Below are positions 1 to 11,761 of a DNA stretch of 42,827 bases, piece by piece; position 1 is the first letter of the stretch; each line of letters starts with the position of its first letter. The notes under the pieces were generated by a model, which was given only the letters and a program-made list of their open reading frames with translations, was not told the DNA's origin and did no database searches. A program made the position numbers and the translations under genes. Origin of the DNA: Octopus bimaculoides (Eukaryota); NCBI RefSeq assembly GCF_001194135.2, contig NC_068981.1, positions 72,060,267-72,103,093 of the forward strand. The letters are read 5' to 3'.

Positions 1-110
1 GATCCCTTTTGATCCAAATTATCCCCCCCCCCCAAGAAAAGCTCTACTTTGTAATTTGTCCATTTTCTGTATTTAGCCCTGTGTGGCTATAATAAAAAGA
101 TATATATATA
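1..110 (+). repeat. Probable 3' tail of a SINE followed by (TA)n
   Basis: tttgtaatttgtcc...tatttagccctgtgtggctataataaaaaga then TA repeat resembles octopus SINE 3' ends I recall; no second copy in window. Confidence 0.3.
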
Positions 111-204
111 TATATATCTTAGGAAGTTAATTGTTATGACCGGTCATAGAGTGACCATTGGTTTTGCAACTATGAAGTGCTTAGCTGTATAGGTGATATG
201 CATA

Positions 205-372
205 CATATATATATAAATAAATAAATAAATATATATATATATATATAGTGTGTGTGTGCATGTGTGTGTGTATCTATATATGTATACATATGTATGTAT
301 CTATCTGTCTATCTATCTATATACATATATCATACATATATACATATATATAAACATATTTTTACACACATA
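205..372. repeat. Compound (TA)/(TG)/(CA) microsatellite
   Basis: Direct inspection; explains the spurious ORF 253-450. Confidence 0.9.
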
Positions 373-1114
373 CACCATAGTAAAATGAAAAGATATACTA
401 CAACCTGTTTGGTCATCATGAATATTTCATCAAATGAATCAACTTACTAAAACTGGATGGGCAGACATATTTTCAGAGAATATGTCTTAACCTACTATAA
501 TGATAGCATTTTACATTTATAGGATTGGTGACATAAATTTTTGTCATTTACATCCTTCCTAATGGCTTATGTGACAAAACGTGAATAGTTATAATCGGGA
601 ATTAAAACTGGATAATAGTGTTGGTGAATCTATTAATCTAATAATCTAATTATACTAATAATGATTTCTGTTGCTAAGTGCAAGGACATCTTTGTAAGAC
701 AGGATTAATTATAAGAGTGCGACCCTTCAGTTATAAGTTTTACCTACTTCTTTTTATCAAACCTGAAGTAATGAACCACAAAATTAATTATGTTAAAGTT
801 TGATTACTCTTCTAGTGATTATGCATCATTATGTACCTAAGTACTATTGGGTAAAGGTATAAGAATTGCACTCCTCTACCAAGCTATGTTGAGACAGTGT
901 GGCAGAGTAGGCTCATCAAACCAGTATGACCTCAAGCTCAAATTCATGGCCCCGATATCAGACCGTAGTTGGTGGAGAGAACATGCTAAGGCCTTCATGC
1001 TGCAGTAGACTGCATTCAATCCATGTACTACAATTCAATCCATCCCAATTCAATCCATGTACTACAAAGCATCTAAAATATCATTGTGCTTTATGCCCTT
1101 TCCTTCCAACAATA

Positions 1115-1328
1115 AATATTGGTTTCAGATTTTGACACAAGGCTAGCAATTTCAAGGGAAGGGCTAAGTTGATTTCATTGACCCCAGTGTTCAACTAGTG
1201 TTTATTTTATTGACCATGAAATGATGCTAAGCAAAGTTGATCTTGGCAGAATTTGAACTCAGAATGTAAGGACAGACAAAATGCTGCTAAGCATTTTTCC
1301 CGGCTAATGATTCTGCCAGCTTGCTGCT
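1115..1328 (-). mobile_element. SINE family B copy (tRNA-like head, gcctttcatcc...ggggtcgataaa core)
   Basis: Reverse complement aligns by eye to copies at 27025 and 30588 (gagctggcagaa...aaatgcttagc...gagttcaaat...ggggtc...gaaaccaatatt). Confidence 0.8.
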
Positions 1329-1342
1329 TTCTTTTCAGCATT

Positions 1343-1557
1343 TTAGCCCTTTTGTTACTGCATTTATTTTGAGATCCTCTGTGTTTCTTTCAATTAATTT
1401 TAAGTATAACAAAGAATTTAGTAAAATAACTTAGTTATCATTAAGTTAATGTTAGGAACATAAATTGTGACTAAGGTTTGGTGGGAGATTTTAATTCAAA
1501 ACTTATGAAGACAAGAACTAGGGGCAGTTTCAGGTGAGTTGGTATCAAAAGGGTTAA
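1343..1557. mobile_element. piggyBac-like MITE (TTAA-flanked)
   Basis: Left TTAG|ccctttTgttac and right ggtatcaaaaggg|TTAA form short TIRs beginning CCC with a TTAA-type target. Confidence 0.65.
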
Positions 1558-1949
1558 TGTTGAAATAGCCATCGGCTGAAGAGTTTCACTGCTTCAGATA
1601 ACAAGGGGTTTGTTGATGTCTAAATATATTAGTTCTAATTCTAAGTATTTAATTTATTGGAAAATTTGAGAAATAGAAACATATTTATAAGGAGTTTGAT
1701 AGCAATTTTTTCATGTGGTATATAATTTTATCCAAGCAAAACCACTTGGGAATTCTTTAGTGAAAAGTTTCAGAAAACCGAAAAGAATTAGGAGAAAAGG
1801 AAAAACAAAAACTAGATAAGTATGTGTAATGGGTAAAAATAAGATATTTCAAAGAAACAAAACATCATCATCATCACTGTCGTCATCGTCATTGTTGTCA
1901 TCATCATGATCACCACCACCAATTAGGAAGAAACTGTAATGGGTAGGGG

Positions 1950-2032
1950 AGTGGGTTAATTTAGATCACTTAATGACATGAAATTTGCAATTATGGAACC
2001 AGTCTCAGATAGGTTGGTATCAAAAGGGTTAA
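1950..2032. mobile_element. Right-end fragment of the same piggyBac-like MITE
   Basis: Ends in gttggtatcaaaagggttaa, identical to the right end at 1538-1557. Confidence 0.6.
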
Positions 2033-2678
2033 TGTCACTTAATGCTGAATGTTCTAGTCTGCTTCTCAGTAAATAAGTTTCACATAATGATATAATGATA
2101 TAGTTAGTTGGTCTTAGAAGGGTGTGGACAATAAAACTGCTGTCTTATTTGCATATATAGTTTGACTTCTTTTTTGGGTGTGGACTGAAGACTGATACAG
2201 CTTGCTGGGGACTTGTAAAGATATACTGCATGAAGATAAAATCTTCACTAATGCCCTAATAATACAATGTGCTGTGAAACTTTCTGGGATTTAAACAGAC
2301 AAACTAATATATAAAACATCAAAATGAAAAGAAAAGTACATTATTTATATTTCAGTCACCTGTATGTTTTTTATTCATTTGTGTTTTCTATATAAAACAT
2401 AAACAGACAGAGTGTTTATATATTACCCCTTTCATAAGGAGTTATTGAACAATAAGTTTCTTTTCTGGTAGTTTTATGTGCCATGTATCAATATTTGGGT
2501 CCAAATTTCTTTGAAATTATTCATGCTCACAGATTTTATATACAAGTCATTGGATCGTGACAGCATGTCCTTTAAAATTTTTTAAGACAGACATTTATGC
2601 CTTTGATACTTTGAAATAAAGGATTTGCTAGAAATAAGTTAAAAATTTAATGGTTTTCTCCTGAGAATTCAACAATAA

Positions 2679-3079
2679 GCGCAGGAGTGGCTGTGTGGTA
2701 AATAGCTTGCTTACCAACCACATGGTTCCGGGTTCAGTCCCACTGCGTGGCACCTTGGGCAAGGGTCTTCTACTATAGCCTCGGGCCGACCAAAGCCTTG
2801 TGAGTGGATTTGGTAGATGGAAACTGAAAGAAGCCCGTTGTATATATGTATATATATATATGTGTATGTGTGTTTGTGTATCTGTGTTTGTCCCCCCACC
2901 ATAACTTGACAACCGATGCTGGCGTGTTTACCTCCCCGTAACTTAGTGGTTCGGCAAAAAGAGACCGATAGAATAAGTACTAGGCTTACAAAGAATAAGT
3001 CCTGGGGTCGATTTTCTCGACTAAAGGCGGTGCTCCAGCATGACCGCAGTCAAATGAGTGAAACAAGTAAAAGAGTAAA
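2679..3079 (+). mobile_element. SINE family A, full length (tRNA-like head, CORE-like ccttgggcaag segment, internal TA/TG microsatellite)
   Basis: A-box-like TGGCTGTGTGG, B-box-like GGTTCAGTCCC; near-identical copies at 16471 and 28884. Confidence 0.9.
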
Positions 3080-4139
3080 CATTATGCACCTATTCAAGTA
3101 AAGAGAACGAAAAAACACGTGGAGACTGCCATCTCTGCCATTGAAAAACATGGTTATTCTTTGCTAGCAGCATTCTTAGCAAGGCTATCCGAAACCATGT
3201 TATCTAAAAATCATGTTTATTCTATTTATATAAATTGCTTTTAGGAAGGGGAATTAGCAATTAAATCAGTCCTCTTCTTTCCCTAAAAAAATGTTTCCCA
3301 GAAACATAACTTGAATTTCTATCTGGTGTTTGATTACTGGATTAGAACAACTGGTTTAGTAAACAGAAGAATTTGTTCTATAAAAGTTTGAGTTTCCAGC
3401 TGCAATAATAATTTTTTTTCTGTTGTCTTATACCAAACACTATATTTTAAAAGTCTAAATGAGGAGAAATGTGAAAACTGTTTCATGGACTCAGTCAGTG
3501 AAAACTCATCTTGGATTTTAAATTACTGTCCGCCTTGCATCCTGTAATTAATATCATATGTCCTTTTCAAGGAGAATAATATATTATTTTATAATAGTAC
3601 AATATAATATATCATATAATAATATAAGATAATATAACTTGTCCATGACCAAAACATTTGTCTATCAATAATTAACACTATAAGCAAGGTACTACAAGGC
3701 TAGTGTTGTTTTGGAGTTTTCCTGAGGACTTGATCTATGATAGAAGTGATAACACTGGTTATACTCCTAGTTTTGTCTGTCTAGATTATACTGACAAAAA
3801 AAATTTCCAAATTCACTAAGGTTTTCTATAAAATAATAGCATTGATGAATAATATTACCATCACTGTTTTTTTTTTTTTTGTCCAGTGAATTAGGAGGTT
3901 CCACTTTGTTATTTATAAATAATGATGTAATTCAATCCTGAATAATGTTACTATCACCGTTTTCTTTTCCAGTGATGTGGCATGTTTCATTTTGATGATA
4001 CTTTGTCCAATACTCAATACTTCAATTTTTGCATAAAATTATATTAGACTATTTTTGTGAAGTATATTTTGATGATAATAGTCACCATTACATGAACAGT
4101 CACCAGAGTCACCATTACATGAACAGTCACCAAGTGCAA

Positions 4140-5360
4140 AAATACCTGCAATTACTTCACCCTAAGGCTTGATGTTCTTTCTTTCATCCTGAAACAGTGT
4201 GTTACAGAGATAGCTCTTGCTTTCACAAAACTTTTCAATCTCTCTCTCTCTCTCTTTCTACCAGAAATTTTCTGTAGCATTGGAAGCCTACTGCAGAGTA
4301 CATATGCTTACTTTTGCTTATGACAACCCTATAGCAACACCAAAAAGGGCAACCACACTGATTTAACAAACTACTGACCAATTGCATTCACTTCCTACAT
4401 TTCAAAAATAATGGAAACTGTTGCTAACTATCATACCATTATCACCTTCAGTCTCTCTCTCTCTTCTTTGTAGGCCAGTTGAACTGAATATTTACTCTCT
4501 TATGTCACTCATAATGGCTCCTTGCTCGTGAGAGCTTTGGTGAAAGTAATGCAATTACACATGACTGTGTCTGGCATGAGAACTTCCATGATAAGTTAAG
4601 CACCTATTGTCAATATCTTTTTCTCATTTCCTGAATCAAAAGCTTTTTGATACACTTCACCATTACAGTGGCCTACACCATTTATTCTTGTGTATCCCAA
4701 GGCTTGGTAATGTTTCATACACTCTTCCTTCTATATATTGTTTCTTTTCACAACACAAATACTAATTCACTATGCATATAAACCCTTTAGTTAGAAAAAA
4801 CAAACCCTCAAATTTGCTAGAAATATTAAGACTCACTCCCTCTATTGATCTCTCACAGTGACACACCAAAACTGCATCAGAAAGACTAGGATTTATCTTT
4901 AGGACCTGGAAATACTTCAGCAATGATCAGTTTGTAATCCACTACAAAGCTCAGATAAGATCTACAATGACATATATTCTCATCCATGGGACAATGCAAT
5001 TGCTATTACTCATACTAACAACCCATTTGAAATTCCAAACAAGGCCATTTGACTGAATAGAAGTTATTCAATCACCAACAGGCTTCAACTACTAATGTAC
5101 AGATGAACTGTCTTCTTTCTGACTTTTCTATTTTTAACTTAGTGATTTTTGTTCTTCTAAACTAGCAAATTATCCACTCATTTTAGCATAGGTTCATTAA
5201 TCTCATCTATTTTTTTTCTCTTTCTGTCAAGGTATTTTGTTCAATATGTAACTTCTTAAACCTGTAACTGTCTGAAATCTCCACCTATGTTTTTCCTACA
5301 GATACCAATCTACAGTTATTCAAGCTGATCTTTAATCGCATCAATCTCAGCTGCCTGGGA
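4140..5360 (+). mobile_element. Decayed CR1/L2-type LINE reverse transcriptase remnant
   Basis: Fragmentary frames give PKKGNHTDLTNY*PIAFTSYISKIMETV (cf. PIxKKG..NYRPISLTS..K..E), VSQG (GVPQG) and LGFIFRTWKYFSNDQFVIHYKAQIRST; many stops and frameshifts. Confidence 0.7.
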
Positions 5361-5589
5361 GAACCTATTTATCTTATGAAAATCTGTTAAACACACTTTA
5401 AAGAAAGCATTAGATTGACAATATGAAGTAATATAGTTTAGTGGTCAAGTTATTAGATTAGCATATTTGTTATTATTTTTTTTTACTTATCCATTATGAT
5501 AACTGTGAGTGAAGTGTACTGTTTGCATGGTAGTAAAACAGGCACCAAATGCAGATGAGGTGTGAAAGCTGGAAAGAAATTGAATGAAT

Positions 5590-5945
5590 ATATCCTATTG
5601 GATGTATATTGTCAGCATGTGTAAATGATGAAGCAGAGGTGTGCTATAAGGAGAAGTGGGCATTAAAGAAATAGAAAGAAGAATGCACTTGTACAGGCAT
5701 ATGATGCATATGGAGGATGACTGTTAGATGAGGAAGGTTCAAGGGATTTAAGCAGAAGGAACCTGCTGTTGTGAAAATCTGAAGAAAATGTGTGAAGAAG
5801 TGTTGAAGATTGACCACAGGAGATGATACCTTATGAAAGAGATGACAAGCCATGAGATGCTGTACTGCTGTAGACTTGTCCATCCGTGCCAGCATGAGAA
5901 AAATGGATGTAAAATTATGGGTTAATGATGATGATGATGGTGATG
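5590..5945 (+). mobile_element. RTE-clade LINE 3' end with (GAT)n tail
   Basis: Frame reads GIKEIERRMHLYRHMMHMEDDC*MRKVQGI*AEGTCC...KEMTS (cf. RRLRWYGHVMRM...VEG...GRGRP..TW); ends catccgtgccagcatg...gatgatgatgatg. Confidence 0.7.
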
Positions 5946-6478
5946 GTGATGGTGGGGGTGGTAAAAGTGGTGGTGTTGGTGGTAAAAGTGGTAGTGTTGG
6001 TGGCTATGATGACAACTATAATGAACTGTTCTTAATTTTTTTATATATCGTCAGTGCACTTTTCAGAAATTTTTGTAGCCTGTTCTTTAACAGAATATTT
6101 TAATGATTAAGATGTATTTCTCTCTAGGAGTGAATATACCATGTTTTGACTTCTTTCTTTTTCTCTCTCTCTTGTTTTTCTTTTATGAAGTCAAAATTCC
6201 TTTTCATGATGGAGTTTAAATTACTATCCCAAACTGATATTAAACACAACAAAAGTTGTTGTTGAGAAGAATGCTTACTATGGAATTGGGTTAACTCAGA
6301 ACAAAGATAGTATTTATAGTTTTTAACTCTCACATCATCTGTTTTGAAGATTTGCATAAGCTTCAAATACATCACAATTTGGTTGAAAATAGCAAATAAT
6401 TAAAAAAAAAATGCTATGTAGTTACTTGATCTGATTGTCCTAGCAACAAAACCTTCCTCAACAAATTTCTTAACCTTT

Positions 6479-7163
6479 TTTAGAAATAATACATTTCTAA
6501 ATCTCTCAGAGAGATTTATGCAGTAGTGATATGATGAAGTAGTTGTATGCTGTCAACTTAATGTGACAGTCCCCTGAAGGGAATAATACTACTGTTGGTT
6601 AGACACNNNNNNNNNNNNNNNNNNNNNNNNNNNNNNNNNNNNNNNNNNNNNNNNNNNNNNNNNNNNNNNNNNNNNNNNNNNNNNNNNNNNNNNNNNNNNN
6701 NNNNNNNNNNNNNNNNNNNNNNNNNNNNNNNNNNNNNNNNNNNNNNNNNNNNNNNNNNNNNNNNNNNNNNNNNNNNNNNNNNNNNNNNNNNNNNNNNNNN
6801 NNNNNNNNNNNNNNNNNNNNNNNNNNNNNNNNNNNNNNNNNNNNNNNNNNNNNNNNNNNNNNNNNNNNNNNNNNNNNNNNNNNNNNNNNNNNNNNNNNNN
6901 NNNNNNNNNNNNNNNNNNNNNNNNNNNNNNNNNNNNNNNNNNNNNNNNNNNNNNNNNNNNNNNNCATTTCTAAATCTCTCAGAGAGATTTATGCAGTAGT
7001 GATACGATGAAGTAGTTGTATACTGTCAACTTAATGTGACAGTCCCCTGAAGGGAATAATACTACTGTTGGTTAGACACATTAAGTTGACAGCATACAAT
7101 TACTTCATCGTAAAACTATTGCATAAATCTCTCTGAGAGATTTAGAAATGTATTATTTCTAAA
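6479..7163. repeat. Foldback element (~75-85 bp arms, 38-nt loop); left part is present on both sides of the N gap
   Basis: 6965-7038 is the reverse complement of 7077-7150 with few mismatches; 6492-6606 repeats 6965-7079 with 2 substitutions. Confidence 0.85.
6607..6964. other. Assembly gap (N run)
   Basis: 358 N. Confidence 1.
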
Positions 7164-7407
7164 TTTGAAATCAGTGAATGTATTTCACTAGAATTATTAT
7201 ATATTTACAAGAGCTTGACAGGCATCTTCGACTAGCAGGTCATGCTACTTCAGAGTTGAGTTTATGAGTTTGGATATAGAGAACGTTGCATGTGGTGAGT
7301 TAAATTGTTTGTGAATTATTGAAATTATTGCAAAATATTGTTAAAGAAATTGTTAATTATTATTGTTGAATGTTATTTTGAAATTGGTGTACTACCCATT
7401 GTTGGGT

Positions 7408-8215
7408 ATGGAAACAACGAGCTATGCTGAGGCAGCAGGCAAAAGTCTGTCTGTTGAAACAATGCAAATGACGGAGGTGAAGATAGACATTAACAAGGTT
7501 TTAAAACACAAGAAGTTGATAGTGAAGGAAGGAGATTGCCTTAAGGTGACGGCTCCCATAGAAGACATGCAACGTGCGGAAAGAAGAATGATAGTGTACA
7601 GAACACTAAACGTAGAAAGCAGCAATGGACGACATAGAAGAATGCCTCACTGAAGTGAAGGGAATGACGACCTTCTATGCAAGAGGTAGAAAATATGGCA
7701 CAGTGGAGGTGCGATTTAAGAACGAGGAGGTTGCGAAAAAGCTCTCCACTGTGGCCTTGAGGACGATAAAGTGGGCACTCTTGCCAACTTACTGTGGAAG
7801 ACGTGCAGCAAGAATAAGTATAGAAAAAGTACTCCCCGAGATCAATGTAGAATGGCTGGTGGCAGCGATTATTTTTAATTGCAAGGAAGAGGTGGAAGTG
7901 GTAAAGGTGGAGAAGTCGAGAGAAATCAACTGGTGGGGCTTTAGGCTGGAAGTTATAATCCATGTAACCCTGCCAGATCTGCATAACATAGCAGAAGAAT
8001 TAGAGCTCCCCGACGGAACATGACTGAGAGTTGTGGTAGAGGGAAGACCACCAATATGTTACAAATGTAAAAGTAGGGGACACATGCAGGCAACGTGGTC
8101 CCTCAGAGAAGTACAAAGAGTGGAAGTAGTAGCGAATGAAGAAGTGGTGGAAGAAGGAAAAAAGGAAGAAGAGAAAAAAGTAGAGGAAATAACGGCAGAA
8201 AGAAAGAGAGTTTGA
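7408..8215 (+). pseudogene. Disrupted gag-like ORF1 of a Tx1/L1-type LINE
   Basis: METTSYAEAA start; frameshift near 7625; in-frame TGA at 8021-8023 then LRVVVEGRPPICYKCKSRGHMQATW (CX2CX4HX4C knuckle with last C replaced by W) and an E/K-rich tail; purine-rich segment. Confidence 0.75.
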
Positions 8216-8440
8216 GTTGACTCTCCGCCAAAAAGCCCAAATCTTATTTTGTAGATTTACATATTGCTTTTGTAGCTTGAGTTGTACCAGATTTGTTGGG
8301 ATGAGTTGTTGGTTAGGTTGTGGAAGCTGTGGGTAATGATTTAACAACACCAAGCATACAGTTAACATGATTTATTGTTGCTGTACTAGTCATATATTAA
8401 GTTATTCCTGAATTACAAAGAGTCAGCAAGATGAAAGAAA

Positions 8441-8720
8441 TATGAGGTACTGAAAACTTCCTGGTTTTGGGTAAGAGAAAATGTAGGTGAATCAGTTGAT
8501 TATGATTTTATTCAACATATTACCCTCTCAGATTCACACACTTATTGCAGCAGTCCTTCAGTTTTTCTAAGCCCTGTAAAAGAACTTGGAAGATTGGGCC
8601 TCCAAACAGGCCTTTCACAGTACCCTTAAAGCCCAGGAACTTTCCGTCCCCTCCGTCATATAATGCAAGATACAAAGTTGCTGGATATCAAAATTTACTA
8701 CTGGGACTGGATTAAACACA
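8441..8720 (-). mobile_element. Mariner transposon 3' remnant with one TIR
   Basis: Minus strand GLEKLKDCCNKCVNLRG-(shift)-EYVE* matches the mariner C-terminus (..KCV.L.GDYVEK); TA|tgaggtactgaaaacttcc terminus at 8441. Confidence 0.7.
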
Positions 8721-9036
8721 AAGAATACACATACATGCACCAGTTTATGTCTTCTAACACAGTCACATATCAATTAAGCATGTAGTCATTAGAACAACTA
8801 AGAAAGAGTGTGTATTTCATACTGCAATCAGCAACACACTAAAGTTTGGTACTGAAAAAGATTCTATAGGCCTTGTAGGAAAATATTCTAGGACCTTCCA
8901 GAATCATCTTTCACTTGATGTCTAGCTTCTGGCTGGACAATAACTTAGTTGTACACATGACTAAGCTGTTGCTATGTTATAGCTTGAAATTCACAATGTG
9001 GCAACATGAGTTCATGTCCTGCTATGCCTTAAAGTA

Positions 9037-9417
9037 TGGCGGCACAATGGCCCAGTGGTTAGGGCAGTGGACTCGCGGTCGTAGGATCGTGGTTTCGATT
9101 CCCAGACCGGGCGTTGTGAGTGTTTATTGAGTGAAAACACCTAAAGTTCCATGAGGCTCTGGCAGGGGATGGTGGTGAACCCTGCTGTACTCCTTCACCG
9201 CAACTTTCTCTCACTCTTTCTTCCTGTTTCTGTTGTACCTGTATTTCAAAGGGCCAGCCTTGTCACACTCTGTGTCACACTGAATCTCCCAGAGAACTAC
9301 GTTAAGGCTACACGTGTCTGTGGAGTGCTCAGCCACTTGCACGTTAATTTCACGAGCAGGCTGTTCCATTGATCAAATCAACTGGAACCCTCGTCGTCAT
9401 AACCGATGGAGTGCCAA
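9037..9417 (+). mobile_element. SINE family C, full length, with 15-bp TSD
   Basis: A box TGGCCCAGTGG, B-box-like GGTTTCGATTCC; ctatgccttaaagta at 9022-9036 and 9418-9432; second copy at 37595-37955 (-). Confidence 0.92.
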
Positions 9418-9999
9418 CTATGCCTTAAAGTAATTCCTTTTCTACATTTAATGCAAGTTTTATTAAATACAGGACATCAACAATATGAAATCCTTAGCTA
9501 ATATTTATGAAATAAAGTTAAAGTTAGACTAATGAAATATTAAAATAAGAAATATAGTTCCCTGTAGTAGAATGCAGCAAAGGGCTTCCCTGATGATCCA
9601 TGCAGTCAGACATCCAAATGTTCTTGGAGCATCCAATACTGAATTCCAAATAACTGCAATGGTGATATATATGTAGGAACTAATATAATCTATACTTGTG
9701 TTTATCTTAATTTTCCACTACATATGTTTTACATATCTTACCTAGTAACACCACTAAGAATAGTTCTAGACTAACCACTATACTGGAAGCATAATCTATG
9801 TGGAGCTTTAACTCATACAGTAATAGTTGTACATCTAACTATAGACACAAGAAATAAGAAATATATTTCAAACTAAACCTGTTCTGTTTATTAAAAATAT
9901 ATTTGTTTATCATTGATATGCGACTGTATTTTTTAGGCGGAATAAATGGGATGTAATGTAGTGTTGTGTCTTTGCTGACATTGTGATGTGATAATGTGA

Positions 10000-10200
10000 G
10001 GAGCTGACAGAATTGTTAGCATGTTGGGTAAAATGCTTAGTGTCGGTCTTTATGTCCTGAGTTCAAATTCTACCAAAGTTGATTTTACTTTTCATCCTTT
10101 TGGGTTGATAAGATAAGTACTAGTGAAGTACTGGGGTTGATGTAATCAATTTACTCCTCCCCTGTAATTGCTGGCCTTGAGCCAAAATTTGAAAGCAATA
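10000..10200 (+). mobile_element. SINE family B copy (CpG-decayed)
   Basis: gagctgacagaa...gagttcaaattc...ttcatccttttgggttgataag...ctggggttgatgtaatc. Confidence 0.8.
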
Positions 10201-11039
10201 TTGTCATGCCTTTGCTAAGAGCATTAACAGCCAAACTGATCTGATATCACATCTATGTTAAATCAAGAATAACTCATTAAACTTAGTTAACCAGGAGCTT
10301 TCAATTCAATATTTAAATATTTTTCTATAGTATTTAGGATGGTCACATACTTTAAAGCAGGAGTAAGAGCCAGTATTTTTCTTTTTTTGGTAAAATGTCA
10401 CTTATATGCAGCCATTTAGTATGTTTTGAAGTAATTATTTCTGATATTTAGAGATACATTCTTTCAGAAAAGTCATATTTTGCATCAGAAACAAGTGTTA
10501 ATGTTGGATACATTTTATTATTATCTCTGGTTGAGTAGATTTATGACAGAGAAATACTTGATTCATGGTTAAGTTTATCATGTTATATATAGAGGTTTAT
10601 TTATTAGCTATTTGTCCATTTTTTTCTGATATGTATTGATTCTGAGCTAATAAACCACAATTTATGTCAATAAGATTCATGTTATAGATATTAGTATTAC
10701 TATATATTGTTCTTTATCTATGTCTATTTGGTATAATAACCTATTTTTATAAATTTTTTTGTTTTTCATGTTATTACTTCTTTTATTCATTTACCACCTT
10801 GCCATTATTGTTCCTAATTATGTTGGCGTCTATATTGCTTCTGCTTGCCATTGTTTTTGACATTAGGCTTTCCTTGAGGACTATTAATATTAAAATAACT
10901 GGGTTGATAGCTAAAGTTTTTATTTTTTTATTTGAACTGTTTTCGTCTATGGATTATTTCTATGTTATGATCAACATAAATTAGAAAAGTTCTACTAACC
11001 TAATATTAGACATAGCTGTTGCGTTGTACTGTGCTTATA

Positions 11040-11133
11040 TATACAGTACAGTACTGTTTCTACTTTGTGGATTTTCACCTATCGTGGTGGGGTTTGGAAC
11101 ATAACACCCGTGATAGTCAAGGGATTACTGCAT
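11040..11133. mobile_element. Right end of a Tigger/pogo-like element
   Basis: tactttgtggattttcacctatcgtgg...cccgtgatag...gggattactg resembles pogo-family termini ending ACTG-TA; recalled motif only. Confidence 0.4.
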
Positions 11134-11235
11134 ACAAAAATCAAACATTTTATTAGTTAGAAGTGATGAATCTAAATCCTTCCATTGATAATATCTGCAA
11201 TGGATGAATGTCATTAAACAGAAATTGAGATATCA

Positions 11236-11716
11236 CAGGTATGGCTCTGTGGTGAGAAGCTTGCCTCCAAACCACATAGTTCTGTGTGGTACTTTGGGCA
11301 AGTGTCTTCTACTATAGCCTTAGGCTGACCAAACCCTTGTGAGTGGATTTGGTAGACAGAAACTGAAAGAAGACTGTCATATATATATAGGCATGAGAGT
11401 GGCTGAAAGAAGCCCGTTGTATATATTTATGTGTATGTGTGTGTGTGTGTATGTGTGCTTGCGTGCGTGCATGTGTGTGTGTGTATGTGTTTGTCCCCCC
11501 ACCATCGTTTGACAACAGATGTTGGCGTGTTTACGTCCCTGTAACTTAGTGGTTTGGCAAAAGAGACCGATAGAATAAGTACTAGGCTTACAAAGAATAA
11601 GTTCTGGGGTCATTTTGTTCAACTAAAGCCGGTACTCCAGCATGGGTGCAGTCAAATGACTGAACAAATGAAAGAATAAAAGAAAAAAAGAATACACACA
11701 CACACACATGTATGTA

Positions 11717-11761
<45 letters not shown>

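Noticed and set aside
1014-1066. Three spaced attcaatccat units, superficially CRISPR-like
   Set aside because: Eukaryotic context, spacers of only 4-8 nt, no cas genes; simple local duplication
3153-3208. Stem-loop aacatggtt...aaccatgtt
   Set aside because: Two short stems separated by a large asymmetric loop; expected by chance and not pre-miRNA-like
6595-6999. ORFs spanning N runs (also 29887-30570)
   Set aside because: Artefacts of assembly gaps
8510-8680. Apparent minus-strand exon with AG/GT ends and an open frame TLYLALYDGGDGKFLGFKG...
   Set aside because: Continues as KCVNLRG-EYVE* into a mariner TIR; it is a transposase C-terminus, not a host exon
9037-9110. tRNA-like sequence
   Set aside because: No closed acceptor stem; it is the head of a TSD-flanked SINE with a second copy at 37595-37955
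9585-9640. CTGATGA, the hammerhead core motif
   Set aside because: No stem II followed by GAAA could be built
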